Shown here in pieces: positions 48,183 through 57,115 of a stretch of 61,933 bases of DNA. The position numbers were made by a program, and so were the translations under genes. Numbering within the stretch: position 1 is the first letter of the stretch; each line of letters starts with the position of its first letter. Origin of the DNA: Myxococcota bacterium. Its GTDB lineage: Bacteria > Myxococcota_A > Bradymonadia > UBA7976 > UBA1532. The notes below the pieces were generated by a model. The model was not told where the DNA came from, did no database searches, and saw only the letters and a list, made by a program, of their open reading frames with translations. The stretch spans positions 1 to 61,933 of the forward strand of contig JAYZEG010000049.1 in NCBI GenBank assembly GCA_036337435.1. Reading direction: 5' to 3'.

Positions 48183-48857
48183 ATGGTAGACACGGTCCGG
48201 ATTGAGGTTCTGGTCTTCGCTGTCCTGCGAGAGGTGCTCGGGGCGCGGTGCCTCGAACAAGAGGTTGTGGCGGGGACGACTGTCAATTCGTTAATAGCAT
48301 CGTTAAAATCCGATTACCCTGCGCTTCTGCCGTATATGCCTTATGTCCGAATCGCCTTGAACGAAGCGTTCATCGATGATTATGAGCATCCCCTCGGGCC
48401 CGGGGACGTTGTCGCCCTCATTCCCCCTGTGTCTGGAGGGCACGCAGACCCGTTTCTGACCGATGAGCCAATTTCAGCGAATCAGCTTATTGATTCTGTT
48501 TACGGTTTCGATTGCGGGGCTGTGGTTACATTTGAGGGTCGTATTAGAAATCACACCGGCGCGCATCAAGTTCTTCATTTAGATTACGAGGCTTATGGTC
48601 CAATGGCAGAAGCAGTATTTACTGAACTGCTTATTGAAGTAGAGGCCAGTTTCCCCACGTGTAGGATCGCCCTGCGACATCGTTTAGGCCACCTTACTCT
48701 CGGCGAAGTTGCAGTGGCCATTGCCGTCGTTGCCCCGCATCGGAAAGTGGCTTTTGAGGCGTGCCAAAGGCTCATTGATCGCCTCAAGGAAGATGTGCCC
48801 ATTTTCAAAAAAGAGGCACGTGAAAATGGTTCGATTTGGGTTGGCTTAGGCCCCTAG
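48183..48857 (+). CDS. moaX: Fused molybdopterin synthase MoaD-MoaE (MoaX-type)
   Basis: FAVLRE...VALIPPVSGG (MoaD) continuing in frame into GAVVTFEGRIR, YEAYGPMA, HRLG, PIFKKE (MoaE). Confidence 0.9.
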   Translation: MVDTVRIEVLVFAVLREVLGARCLEQEVVAGTTVNSLIASLKSDYPALLPYMPYVRIALNEAFIDDYEHPLGPGDVVALIPPVSGGHADPFLTDEPISANQLIDSVYGFDCGAVVTFEGRIRNHTGAHQVLHLDYEAYGPMAEAVFTELLIEVEASFPTCRIALRHRLGHLTLGEVAVAIAVVAPHRKVAFEACQRLIDRLKEDVPIFKKEARENGSIWVGLGP

Positions 48858-48873
48858 ACACCTCGGGAGTGAA

Positions 48874-50157
48874 TCAAGCTTTTGCATTCTCGATCGCGTG
48901 TCGTATTTTTCGTGCGGACAGACCCTCGCAGGGACCCATCACGGACGCGATGAAAGGTTTCGACAATAAACTCGCGGCCGCGCGCGACAAATCTTCAGCG
49001 GTAATTGAATTTAGACACGTCAGACGCTCGGCAATCGCTTCATCCGTTTCATCGTAAAGGTTTGGGAAGGCGTGTAACGCGATAAGCCCACTTGCACTTT
49101 CAATCGCTGATTGGAGTCCCCAGCGAACGCGGAATCGAAGACGGTCTAGCTCTTTTCCCGTTGGTGGGTCATCAATGAGAGTTTTAAGTAACCGCCAGAT
49201 CTCCGAAAAAAACACCGGCACTTTGTCCGGAGAGACGACAGCAGCCAATTCGAAAGCGCCCGTGTCGGGATAGGACTCCCAGTAGGCCCATTGGTCGTAT
49301 GCCAGACCGAGTTCATTGCCCAACCGTTCCTGCATTCGGCTCGCGAGTCCATCGTCGAGGGCACGACGGAGCATGATGAAGCGACGGTTGTTTTCAATGC
49401 GTCGCCCGGCGGTCGGGAAGATGAGCCGGCAATCGCATTGGGACCGCTGTTCTGGAATCAGCATGACCTTTGGTCGAACAAAGACTTTCGATACGGGTTT
49501 GAAATGACTTCGAGTGCCGACTGGAATTTTTTCGAACGGCTTGGCTGTGGCTGTCATTTCTTGGTGACTAAACGGACTGGCGATACTCAAGACGAGATTC
49601 TGCCCGCAGTAATGTTGCTTGTGAAAACGTTCGAGGTCTGTCCGAGTAAAGCCTTGTATGGTCTCAAGATCTCCAATAATGGGTTGGCCCAATCCTGATT
49701 TCCCCCAGAGGGCCTGTTTGGTGAGCGTGTCGGGATCGATGCGGCGGCCATCTGCGGAAAATTCGTCCATTGCTTCTTCTAAAATAATAGACCGTTCGGA
49801 TTCCAAGTTGCCGAAAACAGGTGTCCGTAGAAGACTGGCGAGCAGCTCAGCGCTCTCATTCAGGGCATCATTAGCGACCTGGTGCTCGAATTGTGTGTAG
49901 TCCCTTGCTGTGGCTGCATCCAGTGTGCTGCCCATAAACTCTGCGGCGATATTGACAGCCCTCGGCGTCGGGTACAGTTCGCATCCCTGAAAGACCATAT
50001 GCTCTAAGAAATGGCTTAGGCCTCGCTGTTTTCTTGTCTCAAAACGAGAGCCGACCCTGAGATGTGCAGAAATTGTGCTGGTCGCAGCTTCGGGGCGATG
50101 AATGGTAACGAGCGTCGTTCCGTTACTCAATTTGGCGGTGCGGTGTTGGTAGTTCAT
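48874..50157 (-). CDS. M16 family zinc peptidase
   Basis: VGSRFE, inverted zinc motif HFLEH, ERSIILEE. Confidence 0.9.
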   Translation of the reverse strand: MNYQHRTAKLSNGTTLVTIHRPEAATSTISAHLRVGSRFETRKQRGLSHFLEHMVFQGCELYPTPRAVNIAAEFMGSTLDAATARDYTQFEHQVANDALNESAELLASLLRTPVFGNLESERSIILEEAMDEFSADGRRIDPDTLTKQALWGKSGLGQPIIGDLETIQGFTRTDLERFHKQHYCGQNLVLSIASPFSHQEMTATAKPFEKIPVGTRSHFKPVSKVFVRPKVMLIPEQRSQCDCRLIFPTAGRRIENNRRFIMLRRALDDGLASRMQERLGNELGLAYDQWAYWESYPDTGAFELAAVVSPDKVPVFFSEIWRLLKTLIDDPPTGKELDRLRFRVRWGLQSAIESASGLIALHAFPNLYDETDEAIAERLTCLNSITAEDLSRAAASLLSKPFIASVMGPCEGLSARKIRHAIENAKA

Positions 50158-50186
50158 GACGCCACAATGCCGAATTCTCAATAGTA

Positions 50187-50216
50187 TTGACAAGCTATGT
50201 CCTACATGTAAGAATT
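50187..50216 (+). promoter_or_regulatory. Promoter with overlapping imperfect palindrome
   Basis: TTGACA-17bp-AAGAAT with extended TG; ATGTCCTACATGTAAGAATT matches the 31389 palindrome at 16/20. Confidence 0.5.
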
Positions 50217-50248
50217 CTCGTTACATGAACGCACTTGTCGGGGGATAT

Positions 50249-50404
50249 ATGAAAGTTCTTGCACTCTTTGCTAGCTCAGGGGTTTTAACAGCAACCCTTG
50301 CCGGCGGCAAAGCGGCCATCATTCTTGGGAATCTCGCTGTACTTGCTGCCGCAGGGGCTCTTGTTCTGGGTACGTTGGCGATCGAGAAAGCACCTCGCGA
50401 ATAA
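50249..50404 (+). CDS. Small hydrophobic membrane protein (51 aa)
   Basis: GGGGA SD-like element, two hydrophobic segments, own promoter. Confidence 0.5.
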   Translation: MKVLALFASSGVLTATLAGGKAAIILGNLAVLAAAGALVLGTLAIEKAPRE

Positions 50405-50519
50405 TTTCTCTCGCGCGACGACGTTAACGTCGCAAGTCTCTTTTTCAAAACACTTGAAATATATATTGATTCTGTATAGTTAACAGCACTCGGCGTGGGG
50501 CGAAGTATCGGGGGCTAAT

Positions 50520-51599
50520 GTGACAGAGCAGAATCAAAGCGAGAGAGGCCAGACCGGGTCTCCGTTTGGCCTTCAAGATATCGAACAGCTCAGGCTTATG
50601 TTGGAAGGTCATTCTGTCGTTGATTGGCGTCGCTTGGCTCTGCGGGACTTGGCGCATGTTGATCAATTGTTGGACCGACAGGGTCTCGACATCAGTCAGC
50701 CCGTTGACGTGGCTCGCCTGAATCGAATTCATGAACAGGCTGTTGACTATGTGCTGGCAAATTTTGAACGACGCCTGGCAGATGAAATCAGTCACCCGCA
50801 TGATGTTCGCGAGCTGTTCTTGCTGGCCAGCCGTGGAGGCGCATTACGATCTGATGCGTGCATGATTCTAAAGGTTATGCACATCATTCATCATGCAGCC
50901 GGTCGCGAATTACTCTATCAACTTCCCATGCCAATTAGGGAGCTATTCCACCAGGTCGAACGGCGCGTGTTTGATGCCTTCGACCAAATGAAGGCACGAG
51001 GCATTCGAGTTGTCGAGCTCGCAGGAAGTCGTAAGGCGGAGCACGCTATCATCACCAAATTACTATGCCGCCGTGACTCTCAAGCGGCGCAAGTTCACGA
51101 CCGTCAACGCTTTAGAATTGTGACCGAAGAGTTGAGCGACGTCCTGGATGTCTTGGTCTATATGGGCAAGCATTTAATCCCCTACAACTATGTCGTACCT
51201 GGCGAATCGCGTAATGACCTCATAGATTTTGAGGCGACTTTAGATGGCGATCATCGACTCAGACAGATCCGTCCGCTCTTACAAACGATTGGAGCGACCA
51301 ATCAAGCTGACGAGGCTCACAGGATAAACCAGTTTACAGCGACTGATTATCGAGACATCAACTTTGTTGTCGATATGCCCCTAAGGCTTGAGGACGGACA
51401 TGCAAGCATCGCAGCAGATGCAATCGCTCAAAACGGGCGGGTTGTGTTCGTCCTCGTGGAATTTCAGGTCGTTGATCGCGAAACCCATGTTCGAAACAAC
51501 CAAGGCGCGAGCCGCCACGACCTGTACAAGTCTCGCCAACGGGATCGAGCACTCGTCCGATTAAATCCTGAAAAGTTGTCAGTGAGCCGCCAAGATTAG
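50520..51599 (+). CDS. TIGR04552-like protein with RelA/SpoT-type nucleotidyltransferase motifs
   Basis: N-terminal LEGHSVVDWRRL; GSRK...IITKL, DRQRFRIV, YRDINF, EFQVVD. Confidence 0.8.
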   Translation: MTEQNQSERGQTGSPFGLQDIEQLRLMLEGHSVVDWRRLALRDLAHVDQLLDRQGLDISQPVDVARLNRIHEQAVDYVLANFERRLADEISHPHDVRELFLLASRGGALRSDACMILKVMHIIHHAAGRELLYQLPMPIRELFHQVERRVFDAFDQMKARGIRVVELAGSRKAEHAIITKLLCRRDSQAAQVHDRQRFRIVTEELSDVLDVLVYMGKHLIPYNYVVPGESRNDLIDFEATLDGDHRLRQIRPLLQTIGATNQADEAHRINQFTATDYRDINFVVDMPLRLEDGHASIAADAIAQNGRVVFVLVEFQVVDRETHVRNNQGASRHDLYKSRQRDRALVRLNPEKLSVSRQD

Positions 51600-53599
51600 T
51601 CCAATGGGGCTAAGACCTCGTCGATTTGGAGCGTTTGGGTCGAACCAAATGTCACAGTCTTTTGATACGGTTTTCGATTCGGAGCCTCAATTTTTACGGT
51701 CCACCTCTCATTGACGTCCACAGCGTTCAACTGTAGTGGAGTTCGGCCCCGACGATGGCCGTTGATATAGACCGTACCGTTTGGGGTTGAATCGACGAAA
51801 AGAGTGCCCTCAATCGGTTTGAGGCGAACTTTGATGACACGCTGTCCACCGCGCTTTATTTTGAGGTTTCTACGGGCCGGCAGGTAGCCTGGTTTAGAGA
51901 CTTCAAGCGAATGGGTTTGGCCGATAGACGTAGAAAAAGGCTGATCACCCCCGACGCTTTTGTTGTCGATCCTAACCAAAGCATCGCTCGGTATAGGTTC
52001 AATGATCAGGCCAGCTTGATTTGCGGCGTTTGGTCCTAGGGAGCCCGAAAAACGCGCGACCTGTCCCGCGGTGACAGTACTTTTAAAAAGCTCCCGTCGA
52101 CCCTCTGAATCTTTGAGTTCAACGGTGTATTCACCTGGCGAGAGGTGCTTAATAGCCAGTGGGGATCGGTCGGCTACGACTTTGCCATTCAAGCTTATTG
52201 AGAGGTCCTGGGACGGTACAGTTTGGACCAACATAAGTCCGGTATCCTGGTCTTTCAGATAGTTGACCACGAGACTCGCCATTGCAGCGCCGAGGCTCGC
52301 TAAGATAACGAGAAGCATCAAATGAATCAGGGGGTTTTTGTTCTGTGTCTCGATAGGGGCCTGTTCGGACGCATCCGTGATTTGTGTAAATGGATGGCTG
52401 ACGTCGAGTGTCTCTCCGGGCGTTGGTGTGCTGGTTGATTCTAAAAGCGGAGAGCCAGCTAAGACGGCTGCACGAGTCTCCACTGTCAGCGGGTGGCCGG
52501 ATGAGTCGCTCTGTTGAATGTGACTGATGCTTGTCTTCAATCGGGACTGACCAATTGATGCAATCTCGGTGCTGAAGGTGCCTGTTTTGTCGGTTCTCGG
52601 AGGCGCATGTTCGATAATCTCGCCGTCCAGAATATCAAGCCGGATGTGCCGTTCATTGAGCTCTTCAGCATCCATGATCTTCTGACTGAATTGGCTTTGA
52701 AGCCAGAGGGCTAAATCGGCTTTAATCAGGTCTTCCGCTGTATTGCTAAATTGCCCCAGGGCGTTCATAAGCTCTGCTGCATTCGCCGGCCGGTCAGCAG
52801 GGTCATAGGCGAGTGCCCCGGCAATCAAGCTGACAAGCCGAGGCGGAAAATCAGTATGTAGCGTTTGCGAGACCGGTAGACCGACCCCTTTTCGAATGGC
52901 ATCCAGGATAACAAATTGGTTTGGCCCATCGAAGAGAGGCTCTCCATTGATAACCTCGTACATGACCGCCGCTAGGGAATAGAGGTCAGACCGGCCGTCT
53001 AGCGTCTCGAGCCGTGCCTGTTCTGGTGACAGATAACGCGTTTTGCCTTTTGGCGCTCCATGCTTCGTCGTCGGTTGAATCAATCGGCTGGACGCGATCC
53101 CAAAATCAGTCAGGAGTATCCGTCCGTCGAAGCAAAGCAGAATGTTTTCGGGTGTCACATCTCGGTGAACGAGGTTCAAGGGGTCACCGTTGCGGTCGGC
53201 GAGCGTGTGACATGCATTGAGGCCTGCACAAACACTCTTAAAAATGTAGACGAAGTGCTGAAGTGATAGCTGACTCACATTTCGCTTTATCACCTTCAGG
53301 ACCGTTTGCAGGTCAACCCCTTGGACAAAACTTTGCGTCAGATAGCAATCTGAATCGATTTGCCCCCAATCGAGTGCAGGCACGATATTTGGGTGTTTGA
53401 TCCGTGATGCTATTTCAGCTTCATGCATAAACATTTGGACCATTTGGTGGTCTTTGGCGAGGTGGGGTAAGAGTCTCTTTAAAACGACCCAATCCTCTGT
53501 CTCAGCGTCGATTCGCCTTGCCTTAAAGATCTCTGCCATTCCGCCGACGGCGATTCTGTCTACGACGATATAATCACCAAAGAGACATGGCTGAAACAA
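51596..53599 (-). CDS. Membrane Ser/Thr protein kinase with C-terminal PEGA domains
   Basis: GGMAEIF, VLKR, HRDVTPENIL, DFG, YLSPEQ, SDLYSL; TM; PEGA-like VQTVPS / VDSTPNG...GRTP. Confidence 0.93.
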   Translation of the reverse strand: MFQPCLFGDYIVVDRIAVGGMAEIFKARRIDAETEDWVVLKRLLPHLAKDHQMVQMFMHEAEIASRIKHPNIVPALDWGQIDSDCYLTQSFVQGVDLQTVLKVIKRNVSQLSLQHFVYIFKSVCAGLNACHTLADRNGDPLNLVHRDVTPENILLCFDGRILLTDFGIASSRLIQPTTKHGAPKGKTRYLSPEQARLETLDGRSDLYSLAAVMYEVINGEPLFDGPNQFVILDAIRKGVGLPVSQTLHTDFPPRLVSLIAGALAYDPADRPANAAELMNALGQFSNTAEDLIKADLALWLQSQFSQKIMDAEELNERHIRLDILDGEIIEHAPPRTDKTGTFSTEIASIGQSRLKTSISHIQQSDSSGHPLTVETRAAVLAGSPLLESTSTPTPGETLDVSHPFTQITDASEQAPIETQNKNPLIHLMLLVILASLGAAMASLVVNYLKDQDTGLMLVQTVPSQDLSISLNGKVVADRSPLAIKHLSPGEYTVELKDSEGRRELFKSTVTAGQVARFSGSLGPNAANQAGLIIEPIPSDALVRIDNKSVGGDQPFSTSIGQTHSLEVSKPGYLPARRNLKIKRGGQRVIKVRLKPIEGTLFVDSTPNGTVYINGHRRGRTPLQLNAVDVNERWTVKIEAPNRKPYQKTVTFGSTQTLQIDEVLAPLD

Positions 53600-53694
53600 G
53601 CGGAAGACCCCTATAGACCGATAGTGCGGGATATTACCTCAAGGTTGTGCATCAGAAAAGACCTGTGATTGAGCAAAGGTCGGTTATGGATGTC

Positions 53695-53723
53695 TCGACG
53701 ACAGAAAAGAACCGTGGCATGCT
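53695..53723 (+). promoter_or_regulatory. Sigma70-type promoter, probably leaderless
   Basis: TCGACG-17bp-CATGCT, 6 nt before ATG 53730; no SD. Confidence 0.4.
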
Positions 53724-53729
53724 CCACCC

Positions 53730-55712
53730 ATGAAGATATCAGTTGCAACCGTTCGTGATACGCAATCTGCCGAATACCTCAAAAGTCTGGCTTTGGCCGA
53801 AACCGATCCGCTCGTAGCGCATAGGTTGTTAGATGCGGCCCGCACCCTTGACCCGGAGAGCACCACGCTGATTTGTCATCAAGGTTTGGGCTTATTCCAG
53901 CTTGAACGGCACGCAGACGTGATCGCGCTCGGTGCCAAGTACTTTCCGCGTTATCCGAGACTTGTTCACCTTGCGAACTTATACGCGGCTTCTCTCTGTC
54001 ATATCGGTCACTTGTCGTTGTCTGAGCAGCTCCTGAAGTATGTTCTGACTCTGGACCCTGATTATCCAAATGCAGCGGGAAGCTTAAGGCAAATCCAGGC
54101 AAATAGACAGCATGACGTCGCTGCACCGAAGGAGCACTCATTGGCGGTTCAAGCTGGGCTTGAATTGGCGCATACAATGCCGATGCCCAGCTTAGCCGTC
54201 TGTATGATTGTTAAAGATGAAGCTGAATTTATCGTTGGAGCCATTGAGTCGGTGGCATCCGTGGCGGACGAGGTGGTCGTCGTGGATACAGGCTCCACGG
54301 ATGATACTGTAGCCTTGTCTAAAAAGGCGGGTGCACGGGTCGAGTTTTTCCCATGGACAGGGGATTTTAGTGAGGCGCGTAATGTGAGCGTTGAGCACGC
54401 AACGAGTGATTGGATTCTGATCCTCGATGCTGACGAGCGTCTTACAGAATCGTCTAAGACGTCATTGCGTGCTGTTTTGCAAGAATATCACACGGACGAG
54501 GAACGACGCGTTATCTGTGTTCGTATTAATAATTATACTCGAGATGGTGATTTTATCGGAGATGGCTTCAGCGGCCGTTTGTTCAGAAACTGGCCTGATA
54601 TGCGTTTCGAAGGCCGCGTCCATGAGGAAGTGGCTCGTGATCGAGCTGACGTCACGACTGATTACCGATTGGATATCGAATTCGACCACTATGGTGCTGA
54701 TCCCGACGTGATGGCCGAAAAAGATAAGGACACTCGGAACATTGAACTCTTGGAAGCACGGCTTGAGACTGTGCCTGACGACCTCTTGACCTGGTTTTAT
54801 CTCGGTTCACAGCATTGGGTGGCTGGCCGCATACAGGAGGCGGTTGATGGTTTTCGGCGTGTGACTCAGTACTATCAACGAGACCCGAGTCGTTATGGTG
54901 TCGCGATTCGCAACGTTACAGTTGCGTACAGCTATGTTGGCTTAGTTCGGGGACTTTTGAGACTGGGTCAAGTCGAAGAAGGATCGGATGCTGCCTATCG
55001 CGGCAGAGAGCTGTTCCCCGACAACCCAGATGTCGCTTTTCAAGCCGCGCTTGTTGAGATGGGTCGCGAGGAATATGTGGCAGCTCGGGCTCTTTTCGAA
55101 AAGGCGCGGAGCATCACTGTCTCCGGTTATGGACTGATCGGGATGCGGGACCGCAGCATTCAAGAGTGGCGAGCCGCGAAATTTATTGCAGATATCGATT
55201 TTTATCTGGAGGACGCCCAGCAGAGCTACGATGGCTATATCGGGGTGATCGGCCGAATTCCTGAGGACTTCGAAGAGTGGCATATCATCTATGCTCGGCT
55301 TGTTGAGTTAGCCGCAGCACTGCGTCGGTTTTCAGATTTACCAAAATGGACGTTGGAATACGTGAAACGACGGCCGACGCAAATCGCGACAGCGATACAG
55401 ATTGCCCAACAGATGGCAGGGCAGGGGGAGCTGCAGCAATCATGGAGGCTACTGAATGAAATTCTCGTTGCGTTGCCCGACGTGGGACAGTCCTTACCAT
55501 TTGTGACAGCCCTCGGTCAGGTTGCTGAATTATCAGGCGATGATCAGTCTGCGGTCAAATGGTACGAACGCTCGGCAAAGCTCGGCAATCGCGATCCATC
55601 ATTCTGGCTTAATTTAGCAGGGCTTTTCGTTCGCAATGGGAATGATGCCGCGGCCCAACAGGCATTCAAAGCCGCTCAAACGTTCATGGAAAGGTCGGCC
55701 GGTCCGGCTTAG
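53730..55712 (+). CDS. TPR-containing GT2 glycosyltransferase
   Basis: LAVCMIVKDEA, VDTGSTDDT, DFSEARN, LDADE, GRVHE, HYG; flanking TPR-like helices. Confidence 0.9.
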   Translation: MKISVATVRDTQSAEYLKSLALAETDPLVAHRLLDAARTLDPESTTLICHQGLGLFQLERHADVIALGAKYFPRYPRLVHLANLYAASLCHIGHLSLSEQLLKYVLTLDPDYPNAAGSLRQIQANRQHDVAAPKEHSLAVQAGLELAHTMPMPSLAVCMIVKDEAEFIVGAIESVASVADEVVVVDTGSTDDTVALSKKAGARVEFFPWTGDFSEARNVSVEHATSDWILILDADERLTESSKTSLRAVLQEYHTDEERRVICVRINNYTRDGDFIGDGFSGRLFRNWPDMRFEGRVHEEVARDRADVTTDYRLDIEFDHYGADPDVMAEKDKDTRNIELLEARLETVPDDLLTWFYLGSQHWVAGRIQEAVDGFRRVTQYYQRDPSRYGVAIRNVTVAYSYVGLVRGLLRLGQVEEGSDAAYRGRELFPDNPDVAFQAALVEMGREEYVAARALFEKARSITVSGYGLIGMRDRSIQEWRAAKFIADIDFYLEDAQQSYDGYIGVIGRIPEDFEEWHIIYARLVELAAALRRFSDLPKWTLEYVKRRPTQIATAIQIAQQMAGQGELQQSWRLLNEILVALPDVGQSLPFVTALGQVAELSGDDQSAVKWYERSAKLGNRDPSFWLNLAGLFVRNGNDAAAQQAFKAAQTFMERSAGPA

Positions 55713-56260
55713 AAAGGTTCGCCACCACTGACATTGACGCCGATAAAGGGCAAATTCCGCAGTTTGTTCTTATAGTCAAGGCCATAGCCGACCACAAACC
55801 GATCGGGGATTTCGAAGCCGAGATAGTCGATCTTAATTTCAATTTTTGAACGAGCTGGCTTATGGAGCAGCGATGCAATCCGAACCGACGCCGGTTTTCT
55901 TGTGGCTAGATTTTTCTGTAAATAAGACATGGTCAAACCGGTATCGACGATGTCTTCGACGACAATGACATGTTTGTCCTCCACTGAACGGGAAAGATCC
56001 TGTGTAACTTGTACGACGCCCGAACTTTCCTGCTCATCGCCGTAGCTAGACAATCCGAGAAAGTCCACTTCGACAGGTAGATCGATTTGTCGGCAGAGGT
56101 CAGCGAGGAAGAGGAAACTCCCTTTTAGGACGCCGACGAGAACCAAAGGCCTGCCATCATTATAGTCTGCTGTGATCCTCCGACCGAGGTCTGCAATACG
56201 GTTCTGTAGGGTATCGGAATCAATCAGAACCTCGATGTCTTTTTCCTTATAAAAGGGCAT
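55709..56260 (-). CDS. hpt: Hypoxanthine phosphoribosyltransferase
   Basis: GVLKGS, SSYG, VEDIVDTGLT, FVVGYGLD, RNLP. Confidence 0.96.
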   Translation of the reverse strand: MPFYKEKDIEVLIDSDTLQNRIADLGRRITADYNDGRPLVLVGVLKGSFLFLADLCRQIDLPVEVDFLGLSSYGDEQESSGVVQVTQDLSRSVEDKHVIVVEDIVDTGLTMSYLQKNLATRKPASVRIASLLHKPARSKIEIKIDYLGFEIPDRFVVGYGLDYKNKLRNLPFIGVNVSGGEPF

Positions 56261-56269
56261 TTCTTCTCC

Positions 56270-57058
56270 TTAAACCCAACTGTTGTTCATGAGTTCGCCA
56301 AATCCACCGCCTCCGGGCACGATGTACTGTTTGTCGTTTAGGCCACTTTCTCGTTCCCAATGAGCACCAGGGACGGCGTTCAGGACATCATTTGGAGACA
56401 TCCCTCGATCGACTCTGATGGCAAAGATTTTGACATTATCAAATCGCTCCGTGAGCGTCCGAATGTACTCCGGTGTGATGATCAGATTGAGGGCAACAAG
56501 CTGCCTGGGAATCCCGATATCTCCACTGTTATAACTGTCCATCGCCGTGGCCAGACTGTTGCCGGTGGCCCCCATTGGATCGGGGAAGAGAACCATGCGG
56601 TCGTCGACCGTCCCTCCGATCTTCTTACCGGTGATGGCAGCGCCGGTCACTTGGTCATCTCCATCGACGGTTCTCGCCATGATCAAATGGTCTTGCCGCA
56701 CGACGTCAGGGTTGAGAATGCCGTTGAGCGTATCAAAGCAAATTTGGCTCGGTAATATGCCAGCTCTGGCGATGTCTACCACGACTGAGGCCGTATTTCG
56801 GTCAACAACGTCGCCACGAAACACGCCGCGTGGTGTCACTGCATGCATGCGTGTTTTCATTTCAACGCTTTCCAATGGATAAACAGTATTGATGACCGTT
56901 CGGATTAAGCTTGTATAAAGTGTTGAAATTAATTGATTAAACTCGGGTTGAGTAACCTCGTCTGTACATAGACGGGCGAGCTGTGTCGTCAGGAACGGGT
57001 CATCGAGAATGTGAACTCGGTCGCCATACTGATGTTCAATTTCACTGATGGTAAACAT
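56270..57058 (-). CDS. Divergent uracil phosphoribosyltransferase-like protein
   Basis: IARAG, PRPP loop PDPMGATGNS, LNDKQYIVPG. Confidence 0.8.
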   Translation of the reverse strand: MFTISEIEHQYGDRVHILDDPFLTTQLARLCTDEVTQPEFNQLISTLYTSLIRTVINTVYPLESVEMKTRMHAVTPRGVFRGDVVDRNTASVVVDIARAGILPSQICFDTLNGILNPDVVRQDHLIMARTVDGDDQVTGAAITGKKIGGTVDDRMVLFPDPMGATGNSLATAMDSYNSGDIGIPRQLVALNLIITPEYIRTLTERFDNVKIFAIRVDRGMSPNDVLNAVPGAHWERESGLNDKQYIVPGGGGFGELMNNSWV

Positions 57059-57115
57059 AGGCAAAGGGATACCTTTCAAACTGATTATCCTGTGCTTCAC
57101 AGATGACGTTGAATG

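Noticed and set aside
50249..51599. Classical toxin-antitoxin operon (small ORF plus SAS-like gene)
   Set aside because: The genes are 115 bp apart, the small ORF is a membrane peptide unlike known antitoxins, and the context is core genome; kept only as a possibility within the main finding
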